Shown here: in pieces, positions 50,064-62,709 of the stretch
Position numbering within the stretch: the stretch's first letter is position 1
How the letters are laid out: each line of letters opens with the position of its first letter
Assembly (NCBI RefSeq): GCF_964194155.1
Contig: NC_135890.1
Location: 39,370,001-39,434,000, forward strand
Direction of reading: 5' to 3'
DNA length: 64,000 bases
Source of the DNA: Cetorhinus maximus
Lineage: Eukaryota
Position numbers and translations under genes: made by a program
Notes under the pieces: model-generated
Seen by the model: only the letters and a program-made list of their open reading frames with translations
What the model was told of the DNA's origin: nothing
The model's database searches: none

Positions 50064-52789
50064 CTAGTGACAACAAAAAGAAACATTTTTTTTTACTTCT
50101 CACAGCCTTAAAATAGAAAGCTCCAGAAAAAATTCTCCTGAAATATCATTTTGAAGAATATTTCAAAACCATACTAATTGAAAGGAACAACATTTTGAAA
50201 ATCCAATAACAATAGAGTTACTCAATGCATAAGGCCAAGTTTAAAATTAAGTTTGCAACTTTGACAATTAATTGGATTTATTTATTCAAGTTAAAAGCAA
50301 TGCTCATAGCAAGGGGAGAAGAGTTTATTTTTTTAATAGCAAATTATAATGCTCTGAAACATACTGCTGAAAGGGTGGAGGAGGCAAATTTAATAGTAAC
50401 TCTTAAAAGCAAATCCGATAAAAAGCTAGCTTCAGTTTAGGATAAGACACCATGTGACATTTTGAAGTTTCTACAACCAACCTTCTTAGCCTAAATTATG
50501 TCAGCTCTTGTATCTTAAAACCCTTCCCAGTACTCTCATATTGGAAACCACTTCAATTTCTAAACCCCACATCCATCCTTTCTCAACCTGGCACCACCGC
50601 TACAGCACCCTGCAACCCTCCTCTGATCACAGCCAAGCCTTTCAACCTTTCTCCCACCACTGCTTAACCCTGACTCCCTTCACCACTAGTGTCTCCCCAC
50701 ATACCAATCTGAGACCACCACTCCACTACTTGCATAGCCTACCCATACCTTCCCCACATCTATAAGTCCTTTCCCCAAATTCTCACTCTGAAGCACTCCC
50801 AATGCTCACTCGTTCAGAACGTACAATTTAAAAAAAAACTTTCTTCCATACCTTTCCTCGCACCACTTCATCATCTCTCCTTCCCAATACTTCATTCCAC
50901 CAATCACATTTGTTCTCATCACCAAACTACATGCAACCATAATTTTCTTCCTCTTTTACTTCTAACCTGTGTACCCCATCACTCAAACTGCTTGCCATAA
51001 CCAACCTCAGCTGCCTTTTTTCTCCCTCCTCCCCATAAATTTCACACCACCCACCACTGAATACAGATGCCCAATTGTTCTCTCTTCTCCCACCAGTCAC
51101 ACAATCAAATTCACGTTCTCAGACAAACTCCAAAGTCACCATTTCCCCTTTAACAAATTTTCTACAGCTCCCTGCTTCATGGCACATCCACTTTCCCCAA
51201 CTCACAAATAGACACTCACAAATATTAAAAACATATTTTTGTATTATATCTGTAGACAAATATTCATACGCTATACTGAATACACAGTTTAAAACATTAC
51301 CATACACAAGGACATATGGATGATGAGTGAAAAAAAAAGAACTTTATCCAATATTTTACACATTGAAAAAACTATTTAATTTACAAGCCAATAATACAAG
51401 TTACACCATTTGCAAATAAAACAGTATCAAAGTGAAGCATTATAGTCCTTTCAGCCTGAGATGTAGATTCAAAACCATTTAAAGTCTCACATTCCACTTC
51501 CTCACCAGTGCCGGCTTCTCATTAATGCTTTTCAAAGCCTCAATGGTACATCCCTTGCCAACCAACCATTTCCATTAGGACACAGAAAGCCAAGAACAAA
51601 ATTAAAAGGTGTTTTAAGAAATTACGAAAGCATAGATTGTTTTTCATAATGAATGACTAAGGGAAACCCCACTATATTTTTAAGGAAAGTACAGATAAAT
51701 ATTTGAAGCAGAGGAAATTACAAGACCGGGCAGAAAAAGCAGAAATTAGTTTTAGATTGCTCTGAAAAGAGTCAACAGACACAATAACCCTCTTCTTCTG
51801 CAAAAACTTCTATGATTCCCTTTTGAGAGAACTTTCCTTCAAATAGTTTGGTGTAGAGAATTCCATATTTTAGGCACCTTCTGTATAAATAAGTATTTTC
51901 CAACCATCCATTTTATTCTTTTTATAGTTACCTTAAATTTCACTCTCATGTTACTGACCAGTGGAAACACCCAGCACTATTTACCCTACCAGAGCACTTC
52001 ATAACCTTGAAGCGTTCTAGCAGTTCACCTCTTAACTTTCGTAACTTCAAGGGGAAGAAAGATCAACATTTTCAGGTTTCTTTTCACAACTGTTACCACT
52101 CAACCCTGGTAATGTTCCTAGTAAATCTATAAGGCATCTTATCTATCAATTTATGGCATTCAAACAAAAGCATGCTCAAAACTACATTCAATTCAACTGG
52201 AATCAAACTTTCCTGCTCTGTATTTTATGGCTCTATATGCAGAAGCTAACTGGATAAGGCAAAGACAAAAGTGGATCCTAAACTGTTAACCATTTTGAAC
52301 CCATGTATTTGCATACCAAGGTGCCTCTGCTCCTTTCCTTCTTCAAAACCCTCCCATTTAAAATATCTTTCCAAATCTCAATTTCAAAACGTATGACTTC
52401 AGTTTTCCACCTATCCACAGACTCTGTTAGCCTATGTCCTTCAAGTCTCTCACAATCCACACTACAATTTACCATACTCACTAATTTGGTACAATTTGTT
52501 CATACTTCCTAATTCCAGGTCATTTGTGTATATAGTAAATTAGATCAGCATTAGCATAAATCTCTGTGAAACACCAGTCACTACATCTGCAAAATTGTTC
52601 ATAGTATCGATTAAAATACTCAAGTGCAGCAAATAACTGGTTGTCTGACTCTTTGTTGCTATCATTCCTTGACGGATGGATTTGGAGACAGGAGCAACAA
52701 ACAGCAAGTTCTGGCAAACACTCTGAATGGACAACCTCTCCATCAATCATGTGAGACAGAAATTTTTGCACACACAAATTATTATAAGC

Positions 52790-55420
52790 TCCCACTCACC
52801 CTACCTCCCCCGAAGGCTCCCTTCACCCTTGAAGACTCCCACTCCTCTCCTGCCAGGTTCAACCCACTCTCCTCTCAGGGCACCACATATTCTGCAGTAA
52901 CCCTGCCATCACCCCCCAAGTCTCCCTTCCACTCCCTCCCCCCAGTCTCACTGTCTTTTCCTGACTTCTCCAAGCTCCCTGCCCATTGCCTTTGCCCCCT
53001 TATTCACCTCTACCAAGGCTGCGTCACACTTTCCCCCCTCTCAAACCAGAATTTGCCCCTCCTCTACACCAAACCCAGCTTCCATTCTCCTCCCCTCCAA
53101 GCCCATTCCGTTTCCTGAGGATTCCGTCTCTCCAACCCCCTGCAGTCTCTGCCCTCAGCCCCACCCCACTCACCCTTCACCCATCTCCTCCCTCTCCCCT
53201 CTTCCGTCCACACCCTCTCCCTAAACCCCCTCAACCCCACCCCTTCAACCCCGCTTCCGCACACCCTCTCAGCACCAGCCCCTCTTCCCCTACCGCCACC
53301 CCCTGCTCCCACTGAGTGTCCCACTCACCTCCNNNNNNNNNNNNNNNNNNNNNNNNNNNNNNNNNNNNNNNNNNNNNNNNNNNNNNNNNNNNNNNNNNNN
53401 NNNNNNNNNNNNNNNNNNNNNNNNNNNNNNNNNNNNNNNNNNNNNNNNNNNNNNNNNNNNNNNNNNNNNNNNNNNNNNNNNNNNNNNNNNNNNNNNNNNN
53501 NNNNNNNNNNNNNNNNNNNNNNNNNNNNNNNNCTCAACCCCCACCCCTTCAACCCCGCTTCCGCACACCCTCTCAGCACCAGCCCCTCTTCCCCTACCGC
53601 CCACCCCCTGCTCCCACTGAGTGTCCCACTCACCTCCACCCATTTCCCCCTCAAGTCTCCCCGACCCTGCACCCATCGCCTCCTGCCCTCCCCAACCCAG
53701 TCACCCCCTGCAACCCATTTCCCCCTCCTTCCCCACACCCTTCACCCATCAGCCTCAAGCCCCCACCATCCCCCCTGATCCCCCGTGTTCCCCGAACTCC
53801 CCACTAACCACTAGTGGTCCCCGCTGTACCCTGCCAAAACCCTGCAGTCTTCCCCTTCCCCATCAATGCCCCCATCTTACCCCTTCCCCCCAACCAACCA
53901 CCCCACTCTTCACCCTGATGCCCCCTCTCCCGACACCCTCTCCCCCTGACCTCCTACACCCTCTTCCCCTAACGCCCACACCCCCAACTCCCAACCCCTC
54001 TCCCTACACCCTGACCGCACCACCTCTCTCCCTGACCCCCAGCCCCTCTCCCCCCCATCCCCTCGAACCTCACCCCTGACCCCTTCACCCCCTCCCACCC
54101 CTTCCCCACCCCCACCCTTCAACTCCTTCCCCTCCTCCACCCCTTCAACTCCTTCCCCTCCCCACCCCTTCAACCCCTTCCCCTCCCCCACCCCTTCAAC
54201 CCCTTCCCCCACCCCCACCCTTCAACTCCTTCCCCACCCCTACCCTTCAACTCCTTCCCCACCCCCTCAACTCCTTCCCCACCCCCACCCCTTACCCTCC
54301 CCCACCCCTTCACCCATCTCCTCCCCACCCCTTCTCCCCCTGACCACCCTCTAATCCCGCCCCCGCCCCTCCCCAGACCCCCACCTCCCCTCCGCAGACC
54401 CCCACCTTCTTCTCCTCCCCAGACCACCACCCACACTCTCCCCCCACAGATCCCAACCACCATCCTGTCCCCGTCTCCTCCCCACCCCATCTCCACGTCT
54501 CCTCCCCACCCCATCTCCACGTCTCCTACCCACCCCCCTCACCCCATCTCCTTCCCAGACCCCTACCCCCCTCCTCCCCAGACCCCAACCTCCACTCTCC
54601 TCCCAAACCCCTCAGAACCCTACCCCACACCACCCCCCACCTCCTCCCCACCCCCTCACATCCCCCCTCCTCTCCCCCACCCCCCCCTCTCCTCCCCACC
54701 AACCCCCCATCTCCTCTCCCCCCCACCCCTCCCACTCCTCCCCCACCTCCCCATCCCACCCCCTCTCCTCCCCCACCTCCCCATCCCACCCCCTCCCTCC
54801 CCCCCCCCTCCCCACCCCCTCCCCTCCCCCACCTCCCCACCCCCTCTCCTCCCCCCACCTCCCCACCCCCTCTCCTCCCCCCCCACCCCCCCCCCCTCCT
54901 CCCCCCCCCACCCCCCCCCCTCCCCCCCCCCCCTCCTCCCCCCCCACCCCCCCCTCCTCCCCCCCCACCCCCCCCCCTCCCCCCCCCCACCCCCCCCCTC
55001 CTCCCCCCCCACCCCCCCCCTCCTCCCCCCCCCACCCCCCCCTCCTCCCCCCCCACCCCCCCTCTCTCCTCCCCCCCCACCCCCCCTCTCTCCTCCCCCC
55101 CCACCCCCCCTCTCTCCTCCCCCCCCACCCCCCCTCTCTCCTCCCCCCCACCCCCCCATCCCCCCCTCCCCCCCCACCCCCCCATCCCCCCTCCCCCCCC
55201 ATCCCCCCTCCCCCCCCATCCCCCCATCCCCCCTCCCCCCCCATCCCCCCATCCCCCCCTCCCCCCCCTCCCCCCCATTCCCCCCCCCTCCCCCCCATTC
55301 CCCCCCCTCCCCCCCATTCCCCCCCCCCCTCCCCCCCCATCCCCCCCCCCCTCCCCATCCCCCTCTCCCTCCCCCCTCCCCTCCCCCCTCCCCTCTCTCC
55401 TCCCCCTCCCCACCCCTGTC
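52790..55420. repeat. C-rich (G-rich on RAD51AP1 sense strand) low-complexity/minisatellite region in intron 1
   Basis: Degenerate CCCCTTCAACTCCTTCCCC and CCCCCACCCCCCCTCTCCT units; near-pure C runs 54780-55410. Confidence 0.9.
53333..53532. other. Assembly gap (200 N)
   Basis: N run flanked by duplicated sequence. Confidence 0.99.
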
Positions 55421-55479
55421 TCTCCTCCTTTCCCAAGTTCTCCACTCTTCCCCTTATTCTCCGAGTTAAATTTACGAAC

Positions 55480-55496
55480 CTTGCCGGCCTGGCCAT
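55480..55496 (-). CDS. RAD51AP1: RAD51-associated protein 1, coding exon 1 (MARPAR)
   Basis: ATG GCC AGG CCG GCA AG|gttcgt; phase 2 joins exon 2 to give MARPARTKKVVDYSQ, resembling the RAD51AP1/NUCKS1 N-terminus. Confidence 0.88.
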
Positions 55497-55499
55497 TAC

Positions 55500-55830
55500 A
55501 CTATGATTAACAAGAATTCAGGTTCTGCAGCAAATTGAAAATAAACCGACCCGCGCTCCCGCCACCCTCACATCAGCTCCCAGCCGCACTTTCGCCACTC
55601 CAGCTAAACCCCTTTACCATCGGCAGAATTGCAGAATCAAGACAGAGAACCTTTCAAATAATACTGAGACACATTTGTTTCAAAACAGCCGAGTTTTATG
55701 TTTCAGCTTTTATATTTTTAGGTTGTTGTTCAGCGAATCTGCCTTTGAACGCTATAGTTTATTTTTTTTAGAGAATCGGTAGCAGCTGGTTCCTGCTTAG
55801 AGAAAGCGTTGGACAGGGTATCAGCTACAG
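55500..55830. promoter_or_regulatory. RAD51AP1 promoter, possibly bidirectional
   Basis: Local CpG enrichment; CHR-like TTTGAA motifs on both strands (about 55652, 55678, 55744); GC/E2F-like CTCCCGCC and TTTCGCC; plus-strand donor CAG|gtaatg at 55830/55831. Confidence 0.5.
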
Positions 55831-55999
55831 GTAATGGTCAGATTTATTAATTGTTACCTCGATAAGGGTGAATATGTTTTGCTCCATACATAAGGAGAGG
55901 AATATAATATATGGAGAGTTTTTAAAGGTCTCAACTAGCACTAGTCTGTGTTTTGGTTGTTATCAGTTGATATTCAGATGAGTTGCTGAAGTTTTCTCT

Positions 56000-57360
56000 C
56001 CCTGTCAAGCAGTTCCCACTTCAGAGACCACTCTTCAGGACTTGCACCTCTCTCTTCCTTCCCACGACATGTGTTATAAATAAGTACATTGACAACAGGA
56101 AGAATTGTGGAGGGCAGGGCTGCTTTGAGACCAGAATGTGTGGCTGTTCTTTCCCATACTAGAAAAGAGACTGTTGATTTAGTTTTTTCCCCATTGTCCA
56201 TGGATTAGTTCCTCCTTGCTGTCATTCTGCAACTTCTCTCCCATTCTCCCCCTGAGCTTGACAATGCACACTTCCTGTCTTCTTCACCCCTCTCCATCCA
56301 ATTTCTGACCATTTAACTGCATATCCATGTCCAACATGGCTGGCGCACCTCTAATAATGTTGTTTGCTACAGCCCTTATGTGGTCACTTCCCCAAGGATC
56401 AAAGACAAGCCATTTTGTTTTCCTCCTCTGCACACTGCCTATTGGCGACATTGTCCACAAGCATTGAATCAATTTTCCTATGTATAAGAACTAGGAGCAG
56501 GAGTAGGCAATTTAGCCTTTTGAGCCTGCCCTGCCATTCATTATGATCATGACTGATCTCATTTTGGCCTCAACTCCAATTTCCCACCCTCTCCCCATAA
56601 CCTTTCAACCCATTACTAATTAAAAATCTGTTTATCTCCGGATGCGTCCGGGCATCCACTGCACTCTGAGGTAGTGAATTGCACAGATTCACAACCCTTT
56701 GAGAAAAGTAATTCCTCCTCATCTCTGATTTAAATCTACCACCCCTTAGCCTATGGCCTCTCGTTCTAGAATGCCCCAGAAGGGGAAACATCCGCTCCAC
56801 ATCTACTATGTATCCTCAGAACTTTACCTGCCTACTACTTCCCCTCATCCTGACAACTACCAGTATGATGTTAGACTGACTCTTTGACTATGTCAGAGTT
56901 TTTCTCCAGTTGAATTTGTTTCCCACCAACACCTCCACACCCTTGGTGCTGACCCCCTCACGATCCATAACTTGTCTCTCGGGTCAAAAAAGCCTTCATA
57001 TGCTGTTCAATAGAGCTAAGTTTCAAAATCCATATTCTACCCATCACTAATTCACTCCACTTTTACAACATTGTTTGGCTCTGCTTCTGCCTAGTCTTGC
57101 TTAAGTATATCTTTGTCAAACTCAACTTTTGCTGCACCCTCCTTAAAGTCCAAGATACCAAAAATTATGTTGGCCACACCAAGCCTGCTTGGCAAGTATC
57201 AGTTGAATGGCCAATCTAAGCTGGTTTGCTCATCCGCAACGAATTGCATTTGAAATGTTGACCTTGTTTACCAATCCCTTCATGCTCTTCCTGTTCCATA
57301 CTCCTGAAACTTTCTCCAACCTTGTATGCTCTTTTGTGTTCCCTAGTACTCTGACTCATA
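56000..57360 (+). mobile_element. Old L2-like LINE fragment split by a CR1 insert
   Basis: PQGSKTSHFVFLLCTLPIGDIVHKH resembles the L2 RT PQGS...LPLGDII.KH motif; continues after the insert. Confidence 0.5.
56484..56805 (-). mobile_element. CR1 3' fragment with TSD CTATGTAT
   Basis: ERMFPLLGHSRTRGH...RNYFSQRVVNL; CTATGTAT on both sides. Confidence 0.85.
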
Positions 57361-57689
57361 AGTACAACAAAAAGGATGGTAGCGAAAGAAACAGGGAAAT
57401 AGGAATGGATTAAATAACTCCAACTGAAATGATAGCAATGACACAGAGACCTGATGGGCTGGATGACCTCTCTCTGTGCTGTAATTACTATACATTAAAT
57501 ACAGGGTTGTACAGCACCTGGACTAAGATACTGGCAGGCAGGGAAATTGTCACTTTTTAATGTAACAGTTGTTGACAAATAACAAAAATCACAGCACAAA
57601 ATAAAACTGACCCCATTAAAGTGGCAGTTATTGGGAATGATTGCAAAACTGTACTCTACTCCTTGATATAAACCACTAATTAAGATATT

Positions 57690-59142
57690 ATGAAGGTCCC
57701 ATTAGATTGGAAGATAGCAAATGTAACTCCATTATTCAAAAAGGGAGGGAGACAGAAAGTGGGAAACTACTGGCCAGTTAGCTTAACATCTGTCGTAGGG
57801 AAAATGTTAGAAGCTATTATTAAAGAAGTTATAGCAAGGCAATTGGATAAGCTCAAGGTCATCAGGCAGAGTTAACATGGTTTTGTGAAAGGGAAATTGT
57901 GTTTAACCAACTTATTGGAGTTCTTTGAGGAAGTAACATGCGCCGTAGGTAAAGGGGAACCGGTGGATGTACTGTACTCAGATTCCAGAAGCCATTCGAT
58001 AAAGTGCCACATCAAAGGTTACTGCAGAAAATAAAAGCTCATGGTGTAAGAGTAACATATTGGCATGGATAGAAGATTGGCTGGCTAACAGGAAGCAGAG
58101 AGGAGGCATCAATGGGTCTTTTTCAGGTTGGCAAGACATAATGAGTGTCGTGCCACAGGGATCAGTACTGGGACCTCAACTGTTTATAATTTATACAAAT
58201 GACTTGGATGAAGGGATGGTTGCCTAATTTGCTGATGAAACAAAAATAGTAGGAAAGTTGTGAAGAGGATATAAGGAGGCTGCAATCAGATATAGATAGG
58301 CTAAGTGAAGCGATATAGTAGGCAAAGATCTGGCAGATAGAGTTTAATGTGGGAAAATGTGAAATTGTCCATTTTGACAGGAAGAATAAAAGAGAGTCAT
58401 ATTATCTGAGAGATTGCAGAGCTCTGAGGTGCAGAGGGATCTGGGTGTCCTAGTGCATGAATGACAAATGGCTAGTATGCAAGTACAGCAAGTAATTAGG
58501 AAAGCTAATAGAATGTTATCACTTATTGCAAGGGGAATTGAATACAAAAGTAGGGCTGTTATGCTTCAGTTATACAGAGTACTAGTGAGACCACATCTGG
58601 AGTACTGTGTACAGCATTCGTCACCTTATTTAAGGAAGTATGTAAATGCATTGGAAGCAGTTCAGAGAAGGTTTACCAGACTAATACCTGGAATGGTTGG
58701 GTTGTGTTATGAGAAAAGTTTGGACAGACTAGGCTTATATCTGCTGGAGTTTAGAAAAGTAAGAAGTGACTTGATTGAAACGTATAAGATCCTGAGGGGC
58801 CTTGACAGGGTGGATATGGAGAGGATGTTTCCGCTTGTGGAAGAATCTAAAACTAGGGGTCACTGTTTAAAAATAATGGGTTGCCTATTTAAAACAGAGA
58901 TGAGGTGAAATTTTTTCACTCAGAGGGTCAGAGTCTTTGGAACTCTCTTCCTGAAAAGGTGGTGGAAGCAGAGTCTTTGAATATTTTTAAGGCAGATGTG
59001 GATAGATTCTTTGTAAGCAAGGGGGTTATCGGTGGTAGGTGGGATGCAAATTTCAGGCTCCTATCAGATCAGCCACGACCTTATTAAATGATAGAGCAGA
59101 CTCGAGGGGCTGAATGGCCTATTCCTGCTCCTTGTTCGTATG
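57690..59142 (+). mobile_element. CR1 LINE, 5'-truncated, frameshifted
   Basis: WKIANVTPLFKKG...PVSLTS, LVRPHLEYCVQ; same subfamily as 48816-49696. Confidence 0.93.
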
Positions 59143-60582
59143 AAAACTATATTAAAAAATCTAATATAGTCATACCTAGGAATCCATTAATTCTCTATTC
59201 TTGAAATAAATTAGATCTCTCTGAGGTACAGCTTTAATCCTGCAGTAATGGTTTAGGTGGCGATACCTATTTCTTCAACAGACCCACAGGGTCAAAGGAA
59301 TATTCCTCCAGCTGTTGTAAATTTCTCTAAGCCATCTATTAAAAACAGATTTGAAAACATGAATGACATCTATTATCATTCACATGATTCTTATTAAGTT
59401 ACTGTGAATCATAATGCCCGTAACTTCTGTACTCTCTTGCGTTGGATTTTGGGGGTACCCCAAAGATACGCTGGGGAATCCCTCTGGGATGATCCAAGGT
59501 AAGGGTTTGCATGGCAATTGCCCAGAAGTGCAAACTTCCTCTTCACAGTTGCGCTGCGCTGGGAACCATCTGAAAATGCATTTTAAATTGCAAACTTCAG
59601 ATGGGTCCGCCAGGGTTACACCAATAGTTACTCAGAAAAGGGTAGAAGAATTAAAACCTCTTCTAACTTCTGAGTAACTATTGTAAAGACCCAGACCGAC
59701 TTTATGGGACTCCTCTGACACCCCAGGACCTCAGACTCCTCCCCAGCTCTCAGAGCCCCGCACACCACCACCCAATGGAACCCCCGGGCCTCCAACTGAC
59801 CTCCGCCCCTCACATCAGACGCCCCCACCCCCCCGACCTCAGAACCCCCCATCCCCCTTGACCTCCGACACCCGCCACCCCCCCGACCTCTGACACCCCC
59901 ACCCTCCGACCTCCAACACCCGCAGCCCGCTGATCTCCAATACCCCAGAACTCCCGCCCACCCTCCCAGACCTCGGACCCCTCAAAACCCACCCCCCAAC
60001 CCCCCCGGGCCTCAGATCCCTCCTGAGTTCTGACCCCCCCCGAAACCCCCTGACCTCCGCCTTCCAACCCCCCCAACCGCCACGGGCCTCCAACACCCAA
60101 CCCTTCCCGGACTTCTGCCCCCCCCTGCCTAGACCACCTTAAAGTGCCTTTTAAAAGAGGGCATGGCCTCCTTGAATACGCTAGAGCTAGACTTCACTGG
60201 GGCCTGTGAGGAGTCTTTCGATGCAGGCCCCAAGCAGCTCCAGCAAACAGAAGTGGCAAGGTAATTTTCAAGACCAGATAAGTAGGTATTTATTTCTTCT
60301 AATTTCTGCGGGCCAGCACTTTCCAGTGCTAGTTGGAAGTTACAGCCCATTATTGTCAATGCAAATTGTATGCTTTTCCATAAACAGCAATTGTATTATA
60401 CCCAACCTATGCACATTAATCTCATTTGGACTGACCACTGAACTGCTGTCCAATGTTTCCAATGTTTTTTCTTTTCCCTCTTGTTTTTCCCAGTAACTCT
60501 GCGGGCAGTCTACTAGTACCTTTCCCAAGGATCTGTGCGGCCCTACATAGTAAATGGGTACATGCTATTTGACTAGTATATT

Positions 60583-60949
60583 TAGGGTTGCCAAATGTGA
60601 TGAAATTTATTCTTGAAGATTTCACCACATGACTTGTCCCCATGATCCAGCCATTAAGTCGGCCAGCACATCCATCCTTGTGAAGGTACTGCCTTCCTAC
60701 ACCAATTGGAAAGCAAAAAGACCTCATTACCCAAGAGAATGATGCTTGACTGTCAGTCAAATAGACCTTTTTTTCCATTTTCAGTATTTTTATATTTGGT
60801 GAAGAGAAATGTTCAAAGAATTTTTTTTAAACTATCTTTTTTAATACGATAAGAATAATGATTTTTCTCCAGGATTGCAAACAGCAGTGTCCTGGAGATT
60901 GATCCTCGATTGCAGACTCCAAGCCAATCTTGGAGAGTTGGCAACCCTA
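60583..60949. mobile_element. Non-autonomous hAT-like element
   Basis: TIRs TAGGGTTGCCAA / TTGGCAACCCTA; imperfect 8-bp TSD AGTATATT / AGTATGTC. Confidence 0.75.
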
Positions 60950-61009
60950 AGTATGTCTTCTGATTGCACCCAGATGTACTTTTCCTTAGCTTGACATATG
61001 AGCTTAGCT

Positions 61010-61418
61010 TGATTGGCACCCCATCTAATACCTTCAACAGCCACACCCTCCACCACTGATGTACAGTGGCAACAATCTTTTCAATCTACAGGATGCACTG
61101 CAGCAACTCATCAAAGCTCCTTCAATAGCACCTTTCAAACCCGCGACCTCTACCACCAAGAAGGACAGGGCAGCAGTTGCATGGGAACACCACCACTGCA
61201 AGTTCCCCCGCAAGCCCCACACCATCCTGACTTGGAGCTATATCACTGTTCCTTCACTGTCGCTGGGTCAAAATCCTGTAACTCCCTTCCTACACCACAT
61301 AGACTGCACCGGATCAAGAAGGCAGTTCCCCATCGCCTTCACGAGGGCAGTTAAGGATGGGCAGAAATGGTGGCCTAACCAGTGATACCCACATCCCATG
61401 AAAGAATTTTTTAAAAAA
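61010..61418 (+). mobile_element. HER1-like LINE 3' fragment
   Basis: Homologous to 42620-43047. Confidence 0.85.
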
Positions 61419-61629
61419 AATTCACTTTACAGTAGAAACTCAGGATAGCAGATGGTAGTAGGAACTTTAGCTGATTTAAATTTTTTTTTCCTACTGTCCT
61501 TCCTTTTACTCTTGTGACACTTGAGACAAATAGCAGCCTGCCACAAATCAGCTAATTTCAGCACAGGCAAGTATTGTATTTGGGATCTCCTGGTTTACAT
61601 GGCTCAGTAACATACCTGAAAGCCGAATA

Positions 61630-62255
61630 AACAGCTGGAGAAGTGACTTGTAAAGATCTTGATTTGGAGTCAAAACAAAAACAGAAACAGAAATACCTGG
61701 AAAAACTCAGCAGGTCTGGCAGCATCGGCGGAGAAGAGCACAGTTGACGTTTGGAGTCCTCATGACCCTTCGAAGGGTCATGAGGACTCCAAACGTCAAC
61801 TGTGCTCTTCTCCGCCGATGCTGCCAGACCTGCTGAGTTTTTCCAGGTATTTCTGTTTCTGTTTTTGTATGGATGTGAGACTTGGACCTTACAGAAGGAG
61901 GAGACCAACTTACTAAATAGCTTTGAAATGTGGGTTTGGAAGAGAATGGAAAAGATCTACTGGACAGAAAAAGTCACATGATGAAGTCTTTGGAGATTGA
62001 ATGAGCAAAGAGATTTGTTAAACGTAATTGGAAAAGGCAGAGAGACTGGGTAGCGCACATCTTAAGGGGAAACAGACTTGTAAGAGACATTATGGAGGGA
62101 AGATTTCAAGGAAGAACAGAAAGGAAGACGGTATCAATGTTGGATGGCTTAAAAATTGAAGCAAGTTATTGGCAAATGAAAAGACTGGCACAGGATAGAG
62201 AGACATGGAAGGGCTACTATGAGCCAAGGACCTGCCTTCAGGCAGAGCACACTTG
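61630..62255 (+). mobile_element. RTE-clade LINE 3' fragment, interrupted by the palindrome
   Basis: LVKILIWS [insert] LYGCETWTL...FEMWVWKRMEKIYWTEKVT...LAQDRETW. Confidence 0.8.
61675..61868. mobile_element. Perfect 194-bp palindrome of the pLTR-like family
   Basis: 97-bp arms exactly complementary around CCCTTC|GAAGGG; identical peptides on both strands in the ORF track. Confidence 0.9.
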
Positions 62256-62529
62256 ACAATGATGGTGAAAGAAAGTGTGTCAGAAACTTAAATTGAAGCT
62301 GAAATGTGATGGACAAAAACAACTGTGATGCCTCGGTGTGACATGAAAACTAGTTACCAGACATTGCTTCCTTTTTGTGATAATGGTGGCTCTCCCACTG
62401 TCACAGACAGAATTTATGTGCTAATTTTTATTGCCTGTGATCACTATGTTTGTATGTAAAGGATATATATTTTCTTACCTTCAGAGTGGTTGTCCCAATT
62501 TAATAATTCAAGCAGCCAGCTTTTGTGAG

Positions 62530-62568
62530 ATTATTATTATTATTATTATTATTATAATTATTTATTAT
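62530..62568. repeat. (TTA)n microsatellite
   Basis: Direct reading. Confidence 0.9.
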
Positions 62569-62709
62569 CACATGCTTGCCCTGGGCCTGGATGTTTAAAT
62601 CGTGACATCTCACTCAACTCGCACACAACCATACCTACAAAGCCTAGATACAGATGAGGTTAAAACAATACAATCACAATTTATGATTGTCTCATTCCCT
62701 TTCATGGCA

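Noticed and set aside
54526-55496. Long Gly/Arg-rich ORFs (about 295 aa)
   Set aside because: Artefact of G-run low complexity; only the first 17 nt (RAD51AP1 exon 1) are coding.
59440-60340. Gly-rich ORFs in a C-rich tract
   Set aside because: Low-complexity interior of a probable non-autonomous repeat; boundaries not definable.
61558-61916. Identical ORFs on both strands
   Set aside because: Consequence of the DNA palindrome, not protein genes.
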